Origin: Verrucomicrobiota bacterium
GTDB taxonomy: Bacteria > Verrucomicrobiota > Verrucomicrobiia > Limisphaerales > UBA11358
Reading direction: 5' to 3'
Length of the DNA: 64,000 bases
NCBI GenBank assembly: GCA_050015635.1
Contig: JBEKBA010000001.1
Span: forward strand, 18,676-82,675
A model generated the notes under the pieces. The model was not told the DNA's origin. It made no database searches and was given only the letters and a program-made list of their open reading frames with translations. Position 1 is the first letter of the stretch. Each line of letters opens with the position of its first letter. Of this stretch, positions 1 through 8,673 are shown piece by piece. The position numbers and the translations under genes are program-made.

Positions 1-646
1 GCGTTTCGAGAAACGCCGGCAATTTTTCATAATCGTCAATCAGCCGGCTCGCCGTGATACTCGCCGTGGTTTGGATTCCGACGGAATGGAAAAACTCGTT
101 GGCTTTCTTGATTTTTTTGCAAACGTCGGGCAGGCCGCGGTTTTTTTCGTGCTTGGAAATATCGTGTGCGTCAATGGACATGATGACGCTGCTCAAGCCG
201 TCGCTGGCGAGGCCGCGCAGGTTTTCGTCATTCCACAAACCGCCGTTGGTGCAAATCATCGGATGAATGCCGTGCTCGGCCGCGTAGCGCGTCATCGCGC
301 GCAAATCGCGATGCACCATCGGTTCGCCGCCGACAAACAGCAGATAGCCGATGTTGTTTTTCACTGCGATGTCCACGACGCGTCGGGCTTCGTCCAGTGT
401 CACACTATGCCGGGCTTTGGGATCAAATTTGGAACGTGCAAAGCCGCAGAAACCGCAATCGGCGTTGCAGATGTTTGTGATGGCGAATTGCAGATAACCC
501 GGCCCGCCATGATTCAGGACTTCACCGACAAGTTTTAATAGACCTTTTTTAGGTTTGACGACGGGTTTGGAAAAATCCGGCGCGCCCCTTGCTGGCGAAC
601 CAGTTTCGGTCGTCGCGGAATTGGGTGCGGTCAATACGTTGTTCAT
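1..646 (-). CDS. radical SAM domain protein, 5-prime part only (gene continues past the left window edge)
   Basis: Own minus-strand translation from ATG 646-644: MNNVLTAPNSATTETGSPARGAPDFSKPVVKPKKGLLKLVGEVLNHGGPGYLQFAITNICNADCGFCGFARSKF...LLFVGGEPMVHRDL. It has a CxxxCxxC Fe-S/SAM motif plus GGEP. The frame stays open to base 1, so it is absent from the ORF track. The + strand ORFs 54..266 and 71..538 are antisense shadows. Confidence 0.8.
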   Translation of the reverse strand, partial: MNNVLTAPNSATTETGSPARGAPDFSKPVVKPKKGLLKLVGEVLNHGGPGYLQFAITNICNADCGFCGFARSKFDPKARHSVTLDEARRVVDIAVKNNIGYLLFVGGEPMVHRDLRAMTRYAAEHGIHPMICTNGGLWNDENLRGLASDGLSSVIMSIDAHDISKHEKNRGLPDVCKKIKKANEFFHSVGIQTTASITASRLIDDYEKLPAFLET

Positions 647-718
647 TACAAATCGCCATATTATGTCGGCAAAAGAGGTTACGGGCAAACTTTCTTTCGT
701 TCACAAACCATTTTCGCT

Positions 719-747
719 TTGCGCGGACGGCACGAAAAGTTTAGTGT
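719..747 (+). promoter_or_regulatory. putative sigma70-type promoter of tRNA-Gln
   Basis: TTGCGC (719-724), 17 nt spacer, TAGTGT (742-747), ending 10 nt upstream of the tRNA 5-prime end. Confidence 0.4.
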
Positions 748-757
748 GCTTGCGATT

Positions 758-831
758 TGTCCGATGGTGTAATGGTAACACAGCGCCCTTTGGAGGCGTT
801 ATTCATGGTTCGAATCCATGTCGGACAGCCA
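758..831 (+). tRNA. tRNA-Gln (anticodon UUG)
   Basis: Cloverleaf read by eye. The 7-bp acceptor stem tgtccga/tcggaca is followed by discriminator g and an encoded CCA. The anticodon stem gcgcc/ggcgt carries loop cTTTGGa (anticodon TTG). The T arm is ggttcgaatcc. Confidence 0.9.
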
Positions 832-1150
832 ATTTATCCAATGAAAATGAGGGGGCTACGGCTGTTTGCACAGAATTTGCACAGCAACCGGCACGAACTG
901 CTGACCGTCGCGTGAAATTCCCTGTCACCATCCGCCACCGCCGAACGCATTGTGCGCGAACTGACAAACGGATCACAGGCCGCCGCCCTCAACGCCAGCC
1001 AGTCCCGGCGTGCCCTTGCCGCCTTTGAACGGCTGGATGGCCACTTCAAGTCCAAAGGGAAGCACATCAGCCTTACTGGCGTTAAACATTGCCTCGAATT
1101 GAGGTGACATTTTACCCAAACATTAAGAATGTCTTTTGCCGCGCTTGTTT

Positions 1151-1829
1151 ATGGAATTCATTCGAAACACTCGTGGTAATACAGGGAAATTGGAAACAAT
1201 ACACCGTTCGGTTACAAAATATGCAGAACGTGTTCTGGCTGCCGTTGCATACGTCGCCCAAGAACGCCCGTTTTTGGAGGTATGCTGGGAAGAAAAAAAA
1301 ACCGCTTACCCTTTACGCCAGGCATGACCACACAGGCCCGGTTCACCCTGATATTTTTGATTGGTTTTTTTCAAAATCTAAACAATCAGCGAATTACGAA
1401 ATCCGTCTAATCCGAGGTATTTTTCATCCCAAAATTATTTGGTGGAAAAAAGTCGGTGCATACATTGGTTCTGCAAACCTCACAGATGCAGCTTGGTTCA
1501 GAAATTATGAGGCGGGTATTTTTCTTACTGAAGAGGAAATAATAGAAGCTGGTTTTCATAGCGATCTTGATGATTATTTTGATGAAATTCACCAAGCATC
1601 ACATGTAGTGACAGAGGAGATTGCAAAACAAATCAAAGAAATCGTGTTTAAAGGCTTTGGTCCGGCAGATTACAAATTTGAAAAAGAATTTAATAAATCA
1701 TGTCCCATTCCAGAGTTGCCTTCACTTATTTCGATAACTCGTGTGCCGAGCAGCGAACGAAAGAAGGGAAAATTTTTGAATGAGTGGAGCCAGACACTTC
1801 AATATGACGTAACAATTCACAGCGGATAG
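1151..1829 (+). pseudogene. PLD/HKD-superfamily nuclease-like gene interrupted by a frameshift at an A9 run (1293-1301)
   Basis: Frame 2 from ATG 1151 reads MEFIRNTRGNTGKLETIHRSVTKYAERVLAAVAYVAQERPFLEVCWEEKK. After the A9 run, frame 3 continues PLTLYARHDHTGPVHPDIFDWFF...IRLIRGIFHPKIIWWKKVGAYIGSANLTDAAW, which holds the HxK..GSxN HKD motif. Deleting one A joins the two frames. The stretch is AT-richer than its flanks. Confidence 0.6.
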
Positions 1830-1915
1830 TGCAAACGTCATGCCGGCGGGTTGGTGAAAGATTTGGCCAAAGGCTCGCAGGTTTCTGAAACTTTTGTTCA
1901 CACATTTGTTTCCGG

Positions 1916-1944
1916 TTGAAGCAGGAATTTTCCACCGCTATCGT
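1916..1944 (+). promoter_or_regulatory. putative recG promoter (leaderless geometry)
   Basis: TTGAAG (1916-1921), 17 nt spacer, TATCGT (1939-1944), then 7 nt to ATG 1952. Confidence 0.45.
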
Positions 1945-1951
1945 GCGGCCA

Positions 1952-3961
1952 ATGTCGTCGCCGGAAACAAAAATTTCTCCGCTGAAAAATCCCGCAACTT
2001 CGCTCTGGGGCATTGGCGCGGAACGCGCGGCGCAACTGGCGCGGCTGGGAATTTTCACCGTCGAAGACTTATTGTTGCACCGGCCAAGGCGTTACGAAGA
2101 CCGGCGGCATTTCAAAAAAATTTCCGAACTCACGAAGGATGAACCGTCCACGGCTCGCGGCAGAATTGTCGCGCTCGGCCTGAAACGTTTTCGCGGCGGC
2201 AACAAATCCGTTTTTGAAATCATCCTCGATGACGGCGGCGCGCGATTGCATTGCCGCTGGTGGAATCTGCCGTTCATGGAAAAATATTTTGCGATGGGCG
2301 ATGAAGTTTTCGTTTTTGGAAAATTGACCGAAACGAAACCGCGTGTAATGACTCATCCCGAAACCGAAGTCATCGAAGCCGGCGAGGAAAATTTCACACA
2401 CATCAACCGTATCGCACCGGTGTATCCGCTGACGGATGGTTTGCCGCAACGTTGGCTGCGCGGACTCATCTGGCGCACACTGGAAAAGTTTAAAAGCCAA
2501 ATTGCCGGGCCGTGGCCGAAGCTGCAGTTGAAAAATCTTCCAACACGCGCAAATGCGGTTTGCATGACGCATTTCCCGGAAGAATTGACGGATGTAGAAA
2601 TCGCGCGGCAACGGCTGGCGTTGGATGAATTCATTAAGTTACAGCGGCAAATTCAATCGCGCCGGAATAATTTTAAGACGAATGCGAAGGCGTTGCCGTG
2701 CCACGGCGACAATCGTTTGATGAAATCGTTTCTTGCGCAACTCGGTTTCAAATTGACTGACGCGCAAACGCGCGTGCTGCGCGAAATTCGCGCGGACCTG
2801 GGCGGCGCGCATCCAATGCGGCGTTTGCTGCAAGGTGATGTCGGTTCTGGAAAAACAGTTGTGGCGGCGTGCGCGGCGTTGATGGCGTTGGAAAGCGGCT
2901 TAAACGTCGCGCTGATGGCACCAACGGGGATTCTGTCGGAACAGCACCTTCGGAATTTCCAAATATGGTTCGAACCGCTGGGTGTGAAAGTGGAGTTGCA
3001 AACGGGAAGCCGGAAGATTGCCCAAAGTCAAAAGTCAAAAGTCAAAAGTGCTTCGGGCGAACAACCCTCAACTTTGTTCATCGGCACTCACGCCTTGCTT
3101 ACGGCGGGTTTTGATTTGCCGAAGCTCGGCTTGGTTATCATTGACGAGCAGCACAAGTTCGGTGTGGCACAACGCGAGCAACTGGTGCGGAAAGGAAATT
3201 ATCCACATCTGCTGGTGATGACAGCGACGCCGATTCCGCGCACGCTCGGCTTGACGCTTTATGGCGATCTCGACATTTCCATGATTGACGAATTGCCCGG
3301 CGTGCGCGGCCGGATAAAAACTTTTGTTCGCCCGGCGGATAAGTTGCCGAAAGTCCGGGAATTCATTCGCGGGAAACTTGCCGCCGGACGACAAATTTAC
3401 GTCGTTTATCCGCGCGTGGAAGATTCGGGCGCGAAGGAATTGAAGGCGGTCGCGACTGAATTTGAAAATTTACAGAAGCTGCTCGCACCGTTTCGCGTCG
3501 GGCTTTTGCACGGGCGTTTGAAAAGCGCGGAAAAGGAAAATGTGATGCTGGAATTCCGTGCGAACAAAATTAATGTGCTGCTCGCCACGTCGCTCATCGA
3601 AGTCGGCGTGGACGTGCCGAATGCGACGGTGATGTTGGTTGAAAACGCGGAGCAGTTCGGGCTGGCGCAATTGCATCAGTTGCGCGGGCGCATCGGGCGC
3701 GGCGCGCACGAATCATTTTGTATTTTGATTTCCGATGCGAAAAATGAGGAAGCTCAGTCACGCTTGAAAATTCTGGAAGAGACGACGGACGGTTTTCAAA
3801 TTGCGGAGGCGGATTTGAAATTGCGCGGGCCGGGCGAACTGCTCGGTCGCGAGCAAAGCGGCGCGCCGGAATTTCGCTTCGGCGATTTGGCGGACGATTG
3901 GGATTTGATGCGGCAGGCGCGCGCGTTGGTGGCGAGAGCCGGAGGCATTTCCGAAGCTTGA
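1952..3961 (+). CDS. recG: ATP-dependent DNA helicase RecG
   Basis: ORF 1916..3961. Motifs seen are Walker A GDVGSGKT, DEQHKFG, TATPIPRT and QLHQLRGRIGRG, plus an N-terminal wedge region. The start was moved to ATG 1952 because the TTG at 1916 coincides with the predicted -35 box. Confidence 0.93.
   Translation: MSSPETKISPLKNPATSLWGIGAERAAQLARLGIFTVEDLLLHRPRRYEDRRHFKKISELTKDEPSTARGRIVALGLKRFRGGNKSVFEIILDDGGARLHCRWWNLPFMEKYFAMGDEVFVFGKLTETKPRVMTHPETEVIEAGEENFTHINRIAPVYPLTDGLPQRWLRGLIWRTLEKFKSQIAGPWPKLQLKNLPTRANAVCMTHFPEELTDVEIARQRLALDEFIKLQRQIQSRRNNFKTNAKALPCHGDNRLMKSFLAQLGFKLTDAQTRVLREIRADLGGAHPMRRLLQGDVGSGKTVVAACAALMALESGLNVALMAPTGILSEQHLRNFQIWFEPLGVKVELQTGSRKIAQSQKSKVKSASGEQPSTLFIGTHALLTAGFDLPKLGLVIIDEQHKFGVAQREQLVRKGNYPHLLVMTATPIPRTLGLTLYGDLDISMIDELPGVRGRIKTFVRPADKLPKVREFIRGKLAAGRQIYVVYPRVEDSGAKELKAVATEFENLQKLLAPFRVGLLHGRLKSAEKENVMLEFRANKINVLLATSLIEVGVDVPNATVMLVENAEQFGLAQLHQLRGRIGRGAHESFCILISDAKNEEAQSRLKILEETTDGFQIAEADLKLRGPGELLGREQSGAPEFRFGDLADDWDLMRQARALVARAGGISEA
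3024..3051 (+). repeat. tandem heptanucleotide array (aaagtca x3 + aaagtgc) inside recG
   Basis: Read directly: aaagtca aaagtca aaagtca aaagtgc. It is translated as QSQKSKVKS. Confidence 0.85.
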
Positions 3962-4007
3962 AAATTTTACTTGCCGCAGACGAAGGTTTAACAGAGGCTC
4001 AATGTGT

Positions 4008-4139
4008 ATGAAAAAATTATTCACGTTAGTCGCAGTGTTTAGTCTCGTTTGCGTCGGATTGTTGACCGGTTGCCAGAAGTCGGAAACGCCTTCCAATACC
4101 ACACCGGCGACGCCGTCCACAAACGCGCCGGCGCAATAA
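4008..4139 (+). CDS. small putative lipoprotein (43 aa)
   Basis: Own translation: MKKLFTLVAVFSLVCVGLLTGCQKSETPSNTTPATPSTNAPAQ*. It has a signal peptide and an LLTGC lipobox. It is below the ORF-track size cutoff. An in-frame ATG at 4002 is an alternative start. Confidence 0.5.
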   Translation: MKKLFTLVAVFSLVCVGLLTGCQKSETPSNTTPATPSTNAPAQ

Positions 4140-4223
4140 ATCCCGGCATTTTGCCCGCAGCTGCGCCGGCCTTTCCCCTGAAAGGCCGGTGGTTTTTCTT
4201 TAGGTGGTTAAGACAATTGTTTC

Positions 4224-4251
4224 TTGGATTTTTCACGGCTTGGATTAGATT
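4224..4251 (+). promoter_or_regulatory. putative promoter, leaderless geometry, for the lipoprotein gene at 4258
   Basis: TTGGAT (4224-4229), 16 nt spacer, TAGATT (4246-4251), then 6 nt to ATG 4258. Confidence 0.45.
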
Positions 4252-4257
4252 GCCGTC

Positions 4258-4620
4258 ATGAAAACATCTCTTTTTTTTATGGTCGCGGTCGGGGTGCTTC
4301 TGACCGGTTGTGGTGACAACAATTCCAGCAAGACCGCGCAAGCCACGAACCCGCCCGCAAGATACGACAGTGGCAATCCGCTGACGGTGGTGCCGGATTA
4401 TATTGGCGCGGTCGGTCAGGCGCAGAAATACTCGATCAAGCAAATTGACCTTGCGTATCTCAATCAGGCCATCCAGCAGTTCAACGCTTCGGAGGGACGT
4501 TTTCCCAAAGACCTGAACGAACTCATCCCGAATTACATCGGCAAAATCCCCGATGCGCCCTACGGTTCAAAAATTGTCTATGACCCGAATAGTGGCACGG
4601 TCAAAGTGGTGCCACAGTAA
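4258..4620 (+). CDS. lipoprotein of unknown function (pseudopilin-like C-terminal region)
   Basis: ORF 4258..4620. The signal peptide MKTSLFFMVAVGVLLTGC carries a lipobox. The C-terminus FNASEGRFPKDLNELIPNYIGKIPDAPYG resembles type II secretion/pilin-like folds. Confidence 0.7.
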   Translation: MKTSLFFMVAVGVLLTGCGDNNSSKTAQATNPPARYDSGNPLTVVPDYIGAVGQAQKYSIKQIDLAYLNQAIQQFNASEGRFPKDLNELIPNYIGKIPDAPYGSKIVYDPNSGTVKVVPQ

Positions 4621-4711
4621 ATTTTTTTGATTCTATGGAGATAGGTGCCGCATAATGGATTTCTTTCAAACTTTTCCATCCATCCGATTGCGACAGTATT
4701 GATAGACAAAG

Positions 4712-6280
4712 TTGACCGCGCCCGCCAATCATAAACCGGTGAACGAGCAAATTGTCATCCTTGATTTCGGGTCGCAATACACGCAGGTCATCGCGCGCCG
4801 CGTTCGCGAGTGCAATGTGTATTCGCAAATTCTCCGCTATGATACGCCGGCAAGGGAAGTCTCAAAATTAAAGCCCGGCGGAATTATTTTGTCCGGGGGA
4901 CCTTCGAGTGTTTACGCGAAAAAGGCGCCACTGCCCGACAAAAACATTTTCACGCTGGGTGTGCCCATCCTCGGAATTTGTTACGGCGTGCAATTATTCG
5001 CGCAATTTCTTGGTGGCAGAGTCGAGCAGGGCCAGAAACGCGAATATGGCAAAGGCACGCTCACGGTGAAGGATTCGTCGTGCGCGCTGTTCGCCAATCT
5101 GCCGGAGTCACTGCAAGTCTGGAATTCCCACGGCGACAAACTCACGAAATTACCGCGCGGGTTCAAACCCGTTGCCGTCACGGATAATTCCGAATACGCG
5201 GCGATTGAAAATCGCACGCGGAAATTTTTCGGCCTGCAATTTCATCCCGAGGTCGTCCATACAACGCGCGGCGGGGAAATCATCGCCAATTTCGTCCATG
5301 GCGTTTGCGGCTGTGGAAAAAACTGGACGATGCGGAGTTACATTGACCAGGCCATCAAAGAAATTCGCGCCCAAGTGGGTGGTGAAAAAGTGATTCTCGG
5401 TTTGAGCGGTGGCGTGGATTCGAGCGTCGCTGCGGCGTTATTGCACAAGGCCATTGGAGCTCAACTCACCTGTATTTTCGTCAACAACGGTTTGCTCCGC
5501 GCTCGCGAAGCGGAAGTTGTGCAGGAAGTTTTCGGGCGAAATTTCAAACTCAAACTGCAATATGAGAACGCGGCGGATTTATTTTTGCAGCGGCTCAAAG
5601 GCGTGGTCGAGCCGGAACGCAAACGCAAGATTATCGGCAAGACATTCATCGAAGTTTTTCAAACGGCCACCAGGCGTGTGGGCAAGGTGAAATTTCTCGC
5701 GCAAGGCACGCTGTATCCGGACGTGATCGAGTCCGTGCCGATTGCCGGAAATCCCGCCGCGCTCATCAAAAGCCATCACAACGTTGGCGGACTTCCAAAA
5801 AAAATGAAATTTCAATTGGTCGAACCATTGAAACGTTTGTTCAAGGACGAAGTGCGTTTGCTCGGTTTGGAATTGGGATTGCCCAAGGAAATCGTCTGGC
5901 GCCAGCCATTCCCCGGTCCCGGTCTGGCCGTGCGCGTGCTGGGCGAAGTCACGCCGTCGCGTTGCGAAATCTTGCGGAACGCGGACGCCATCGTCGTCGA
6001 AGAAATGAAAGCGAGCGGGCTATATTACAAAATCTGGCAAAGCTTCGCGGTGTTGTTGCCCGTGCGCAGTGTGGGCGTGATGGGTGACGAGCGGACTTAT
6101 GATTATACGATTGCGATTCGCGCCGTGGAATCGCAAGATGGGATGACAGCGGATTGGGTGAAACTGCCTTACGAACTTCTGGAAAAACTCGCAAGCCGCA
6201 TCATCAACGAAGTAAAGGGCGTGAATCGCTGCGTGTTCGACATCACGAGCAAGCCGCCGGGGACGATTGAGTGGGAATGA
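4712..6280 (+). CDS. guaA: GMP synthase (glutamine-hydrolysing)
   Basis: ORF 4712..6280 with a TTG start. It shows the GATase signature [18 protein letters not shown], the PP-loop [10 protein letters not shown], and the C-terminal KPPGTIEWE. Confidence 0.95.
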   Translation: MTAPANHKPVNEQIVILDFGSQYTQVIARRVRECNVYSQILRYDTPAREVSKLKPGGIILSGGPSSVYAKKAPLPDKNIFTLGVPILGICYGVQLFAQFLGGRVEQGQKREYGKGTLTVKDSSCALFANLPESLQVWNSHGDKLTKLPRGFKPVAVTDNSEYAAIENRTRKFFGLQFHPEVVHTTRGGEIIANFVHGVCGCGKNWTMRSYIDQAIKEIRAQVGGEKVILGLSGGVDSSVAAALLHKAIGAQLTCIFVNNGLLRAREAEVVQEVFGRNFKLKLQYENAADLFLQRLKGVVEPERKRKIIGKTFIEVFQTATRRVGKVKFLAQGTLYPDVIESVPIAGNPAALIKSHHNVGGLPKKMKFQLVEPLKRLFKDEVRLLGLELGLPKEIVWRQPFPGPGLAVRVLGEVTPSRCEILRNADAIVVEEMKASGLYYKIWQSFAVLLPVRSVGVMGDERTYDYTIAIRAVESQDGMTADWVKLPYELLEKLASRIINEVKGVNRCVFDITSKPPGTIEWE

Positions 6281-6356
6281 CTCGGCACGAATTTTTTTCT
6301 GGTCTGCGCCATGCTGCAGGTTTATCCTGAAGGCAACAGTCAAACCATTCCGGCTT

Positions 6357-6860
6357 ATGGACATCATTTTCGATTGCCCGCATTGTGATCAAGAACTGGC
6401 GGTGGATAGCTCCGGCGCGGGCACGGAAATCGAGTGCCCGTCGTGCGGCGAGACCATAATGATTCCCAAGGAATCCACGAAATCAGCTTCCGCGCCGACG
6501 GGAGTGCCTGCGCCGGGTCTGGCTCCCAGCGCCATCGCTTCGTCCGCCGCCGCCAAGGTCACGATGCACCTGAAAGTGCCTGTACATGACAAGCCGGGCG
6601 AAAGTCTCATCAAAAAATCGGCTGTGCCGCTCGAAGCTGTAGCCAAGGGCGCGGACAAAAAAATCCGCGTCCACACCATTCGTCGTGCGAGTTGCGTCGA
6701 AGCCGGCCACGACAAGTTTGATGAAGTCGTCACGCGATTTTTGAACGAAGTGAGCGAGGCGAATATCATCGGCGTTCACACAATTTCCTATACCTACTTC
6801 GACGTTGGCACGCAAAAGATTTTGAACGATTACGGCGTGCTGGTGATTTATCGGGGATAA
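6357..6860 (+). CDS. zinc-ribbon domain protein of unknown function
   Basis: This is the ATG 6357 sub-ORF of 6267..6860. The protein begins MDIIFDCPHCDQELAVDSSGAGTEIECPSCGETIMIP (CxxC...CxxC), followed by an Ala/Pro linker and a C-terminal globular region. Confidence 0.7.
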   Translation: MDIIFDCPHCDQELAVDSSGAGTEIECPSCGETIMIPKESTKSASAPTGVPAPGLAPSAIASSAAAKVTMHLKVPVHDKPGESLIKKSAVPLEAVAKGADKKIRVHTIRRASCVEAGHDKFDEVVTRFLNEVSEANIIGVHTISYTYFDVGTQKILNDYGVLVIYRG

Positions 6861-6878
6861 AATGTGCTTGTGCCCGCC

Positions 6879-6907
6879 TTGACTTGCAAATTTCAGGCCG
6901 TTAATTT
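6879..6907 (+). promoter_or_regulatory. putative promoter, leaderless geometry, for the BamD-like gene
   Basis: TTGACT (6879-6884), 17 nt spacer, TAATTT (6902-6907), then 6 nt to ATG 6914. Confidence 0.5.
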
Positions 6908-6913
6908 CGCCGC

Positions 6914-7921
6914 ATGAATCGTCGGCTTGCCTACATGTTTTTTGCGGCTGCGTGCGTGATTTTGTTTCCATTCCGCTCGCCGGCGCCGTTGATCTATATG
7001 CCGGGTGAAGGCTGGTATTACGAACCTTACGGCGAGAACATTCAATGGAAACGTGACCGCGCCAAAGACCAGTTGGATGTGGCGCAGCAGGCGTTCGACA
7101 AACATGATTACGACACGGCGCTGCACGCGGCGAATCGTATTGTACGCGTGTGGCCGTTGTCAGATTACGCGCCGGATGCGCAATATCTCATCGGTCGCTG
7201 TTTTGAAGCGACGGGCAAGGATGAAGTGGCGTTCAATGCATACCAGACCATCATCGACAAATATCCGCACAGTGAAAAATACGAAGACGTGCTCTGGCGG
7301 CAATACGGCATTGCCACCCGTTTTCTGGCCGGCCAATGGTTTAAATTGTGGAGGTACATTCCGTTTTTCCCCTCGATGGATCGCACGGCGGATATGTTTG
7401 GTAAAATCGTCAAGGAAGGGCCTTACAGCAACGTGGCACCGCACGCGCAGTTGCGCATCGGTGCGGCGCGTGAGAAGCAAAAAAATTATGAGGACGCGGT
7501 GCAAGCCTACGAAACCGCCGCCGACCGGTATCGTAACCAGCCGGTGATTGCGGCTGACGCATTGTTTCGCGAAGGTATTTCCTACGCGAAACAGGCGGCA
7601 ACCGCCGAATACGATCAGGGCACCGCAGCGAAAGCCATCGCGACGTTCACCGATTTTATCACGTTTTATCCTGACGACCGGCGCGTGCCGACGGCACAGC
7701 GGGCGATTGTCGTGCTCAAAGCCGAGCAGGTGCGCGGCAATTTTGAAATCGCGCAATTTTACGAAAAGAGCAAAACGTTGAGCGCGGCGCAGCGGCGCAA
7801 CGGTGCGGTGGTTTACTACAACGAAGTGTTGCAGCTCAACCCCAATTCGCCTTACGCGGCAGCGGCGCGCCAGCGCATCGAGGCGCTCAAACCGCTTGCG
7901 CCAATCGCACCCGCCAGTTGA
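6914..7921 (+). CDS. bamD: outer membrane protein assembly factor BamD-like TPR protein
   Basis: ORF 6914..7921. It has an N-terminal signal sequence and TPR-like repeats (AQQAFDKHDYDTALHAANRIV, AQYLIGRCFEATGKDEVAFNAYQTIIDKYP, AQLRIGAAREKQKNYEDAVQAYE). An LptE-like gene follows directly. Confidence 0.75.
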   Translation: MNRRLAYMFFAAACVILFPFRSPAPLIYMPGEGWYYEPYGENIQWKRDRAKDQLDVAQQAFDKHDYDTALHAANRIVRVWPLSDYAPDAQYLIGRCFEATGKDEVAFNAYQTIIDKYPHSEKYEDVLWRQYGIATRFLAGQWFKLWRYIPFFPSMDRTADMFGKIVKEGPYSNVAPHAQLRIGAAREKQKNYEDAVQAYETAADRYRNQPVIAADALFREGISYAKQAATAEYDQGTAAKAIATFTDFITFYPDDRRVPTAQRAIVVLKAEQVRGNFEIAQFYEKSKTLSAAQRRNGAVVYYNEVLQLNPNSPYAAAARQRIEALKPLAPIAPAS

Positions 7922-7922
7922 A

Positions 7923-8435
7923 ATGCGCCCGCTGAAATTTTTTGCCCTCTGCACACTGGCGGTGTCGCTCGCCGGTTGCGCCGGTTATCGTCTTGGCCCG
8001 GTCAACGGCGAAATCGCCGGTGAAAAATCCATCGAAATCCTGCCGTTCAACAACCAGACGCTTCAGCCACGCCTCGGCGACGCAGTGACGCAGGCGTTGC
8101 GTGAACGATTGCAAACCGATGCCACCTACCACCTCGCCACCCGCGGTGACGGCGACATCGTTGTCACCGGCGTCATCACGAGATACAACCGTCAGGGCTT
8201 GGGGTATCTGAACAACGATGTGACGACGACGGATAATTACCGCGTCAACGTCACCGCGCACGTCGTTGCGCGTGAACACGCGACCGGCAGGGTGTTGCTC
8301 GACAAAAACGTGACCGGCTATACACTCGTACATGTCGGCACGGATTTGGCGGATGCGGAACGACAGGCCGCGCCGTTGCTGGCGGAGGATTTGGCGCAAA
8401 ACATCGCGGAACTGTTGACCGAGGGCGTGTGGTAA
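7923..8435 (+). CDS. lptE: LptE-like LPS-assembly lipoprotein
   Basis: This is the ATG 7923 sub-ORF of 7803..8435. It begins MRPLKFFALCTLAVSLAGCAGYRLGP (lipobox) and has the LptE-like size and pattern (IEILPFNNQT...). It starts 2 nt after the bamD-like stop. Confidence 0.65.
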   Translation: MRPLKFFALCTLAVSLAGCAGYRLGPVNGEIAGEKSIEILPFNNQTLQPRLGDAVTQALRERLQTDATYHLATRGDGDIVVTGVITRYNRQGLGYLNNDVTTTDNYRVNVTAHVVAREHATGRVLLDKNVTGYTLVHVGTDLADAERQAAPLLAEDLAQNIAELLTEGVW

Positions 8436-8673
8436 AAAGAATCGCGTCGGGTGGAGGATTTGTCAGCGTTTTTTGGTTTCAAAAGTAAACACAACCCATC
8501 AACCCTGTGAAAAGACAGGCACTGAAAATCGCGACGTTAAGCTTGTTCGTGGTGGCAATTGTCGTCACGTCCGCGTCGTCGCGCGCGAAAAATGCCAGAT
8601 CCAACGCGCCAGCCGGCAATTAAAAAGCTGAAAATTAATCAGGTCAGAGCGGGCAGCGATGCCGCCTTATTTA

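Noticed and set aside
555-1028. A 157-aa + strand ORF (and the 834..1067 minus-strand ORF) spanning the tRNA-Gln region.
   Set aside because: It overlaps a well-formed tRNA and the radical SAM gene start, and has no coding features. A GC-rich open frame at 916-1107 (..LSPSATAERIVRELTNGSQAAALNASQSRRALAAFERLDGHFKSKG..) may be a gene remnant. It has no start codon that would give 60 aa or more, and no motif I recognise.
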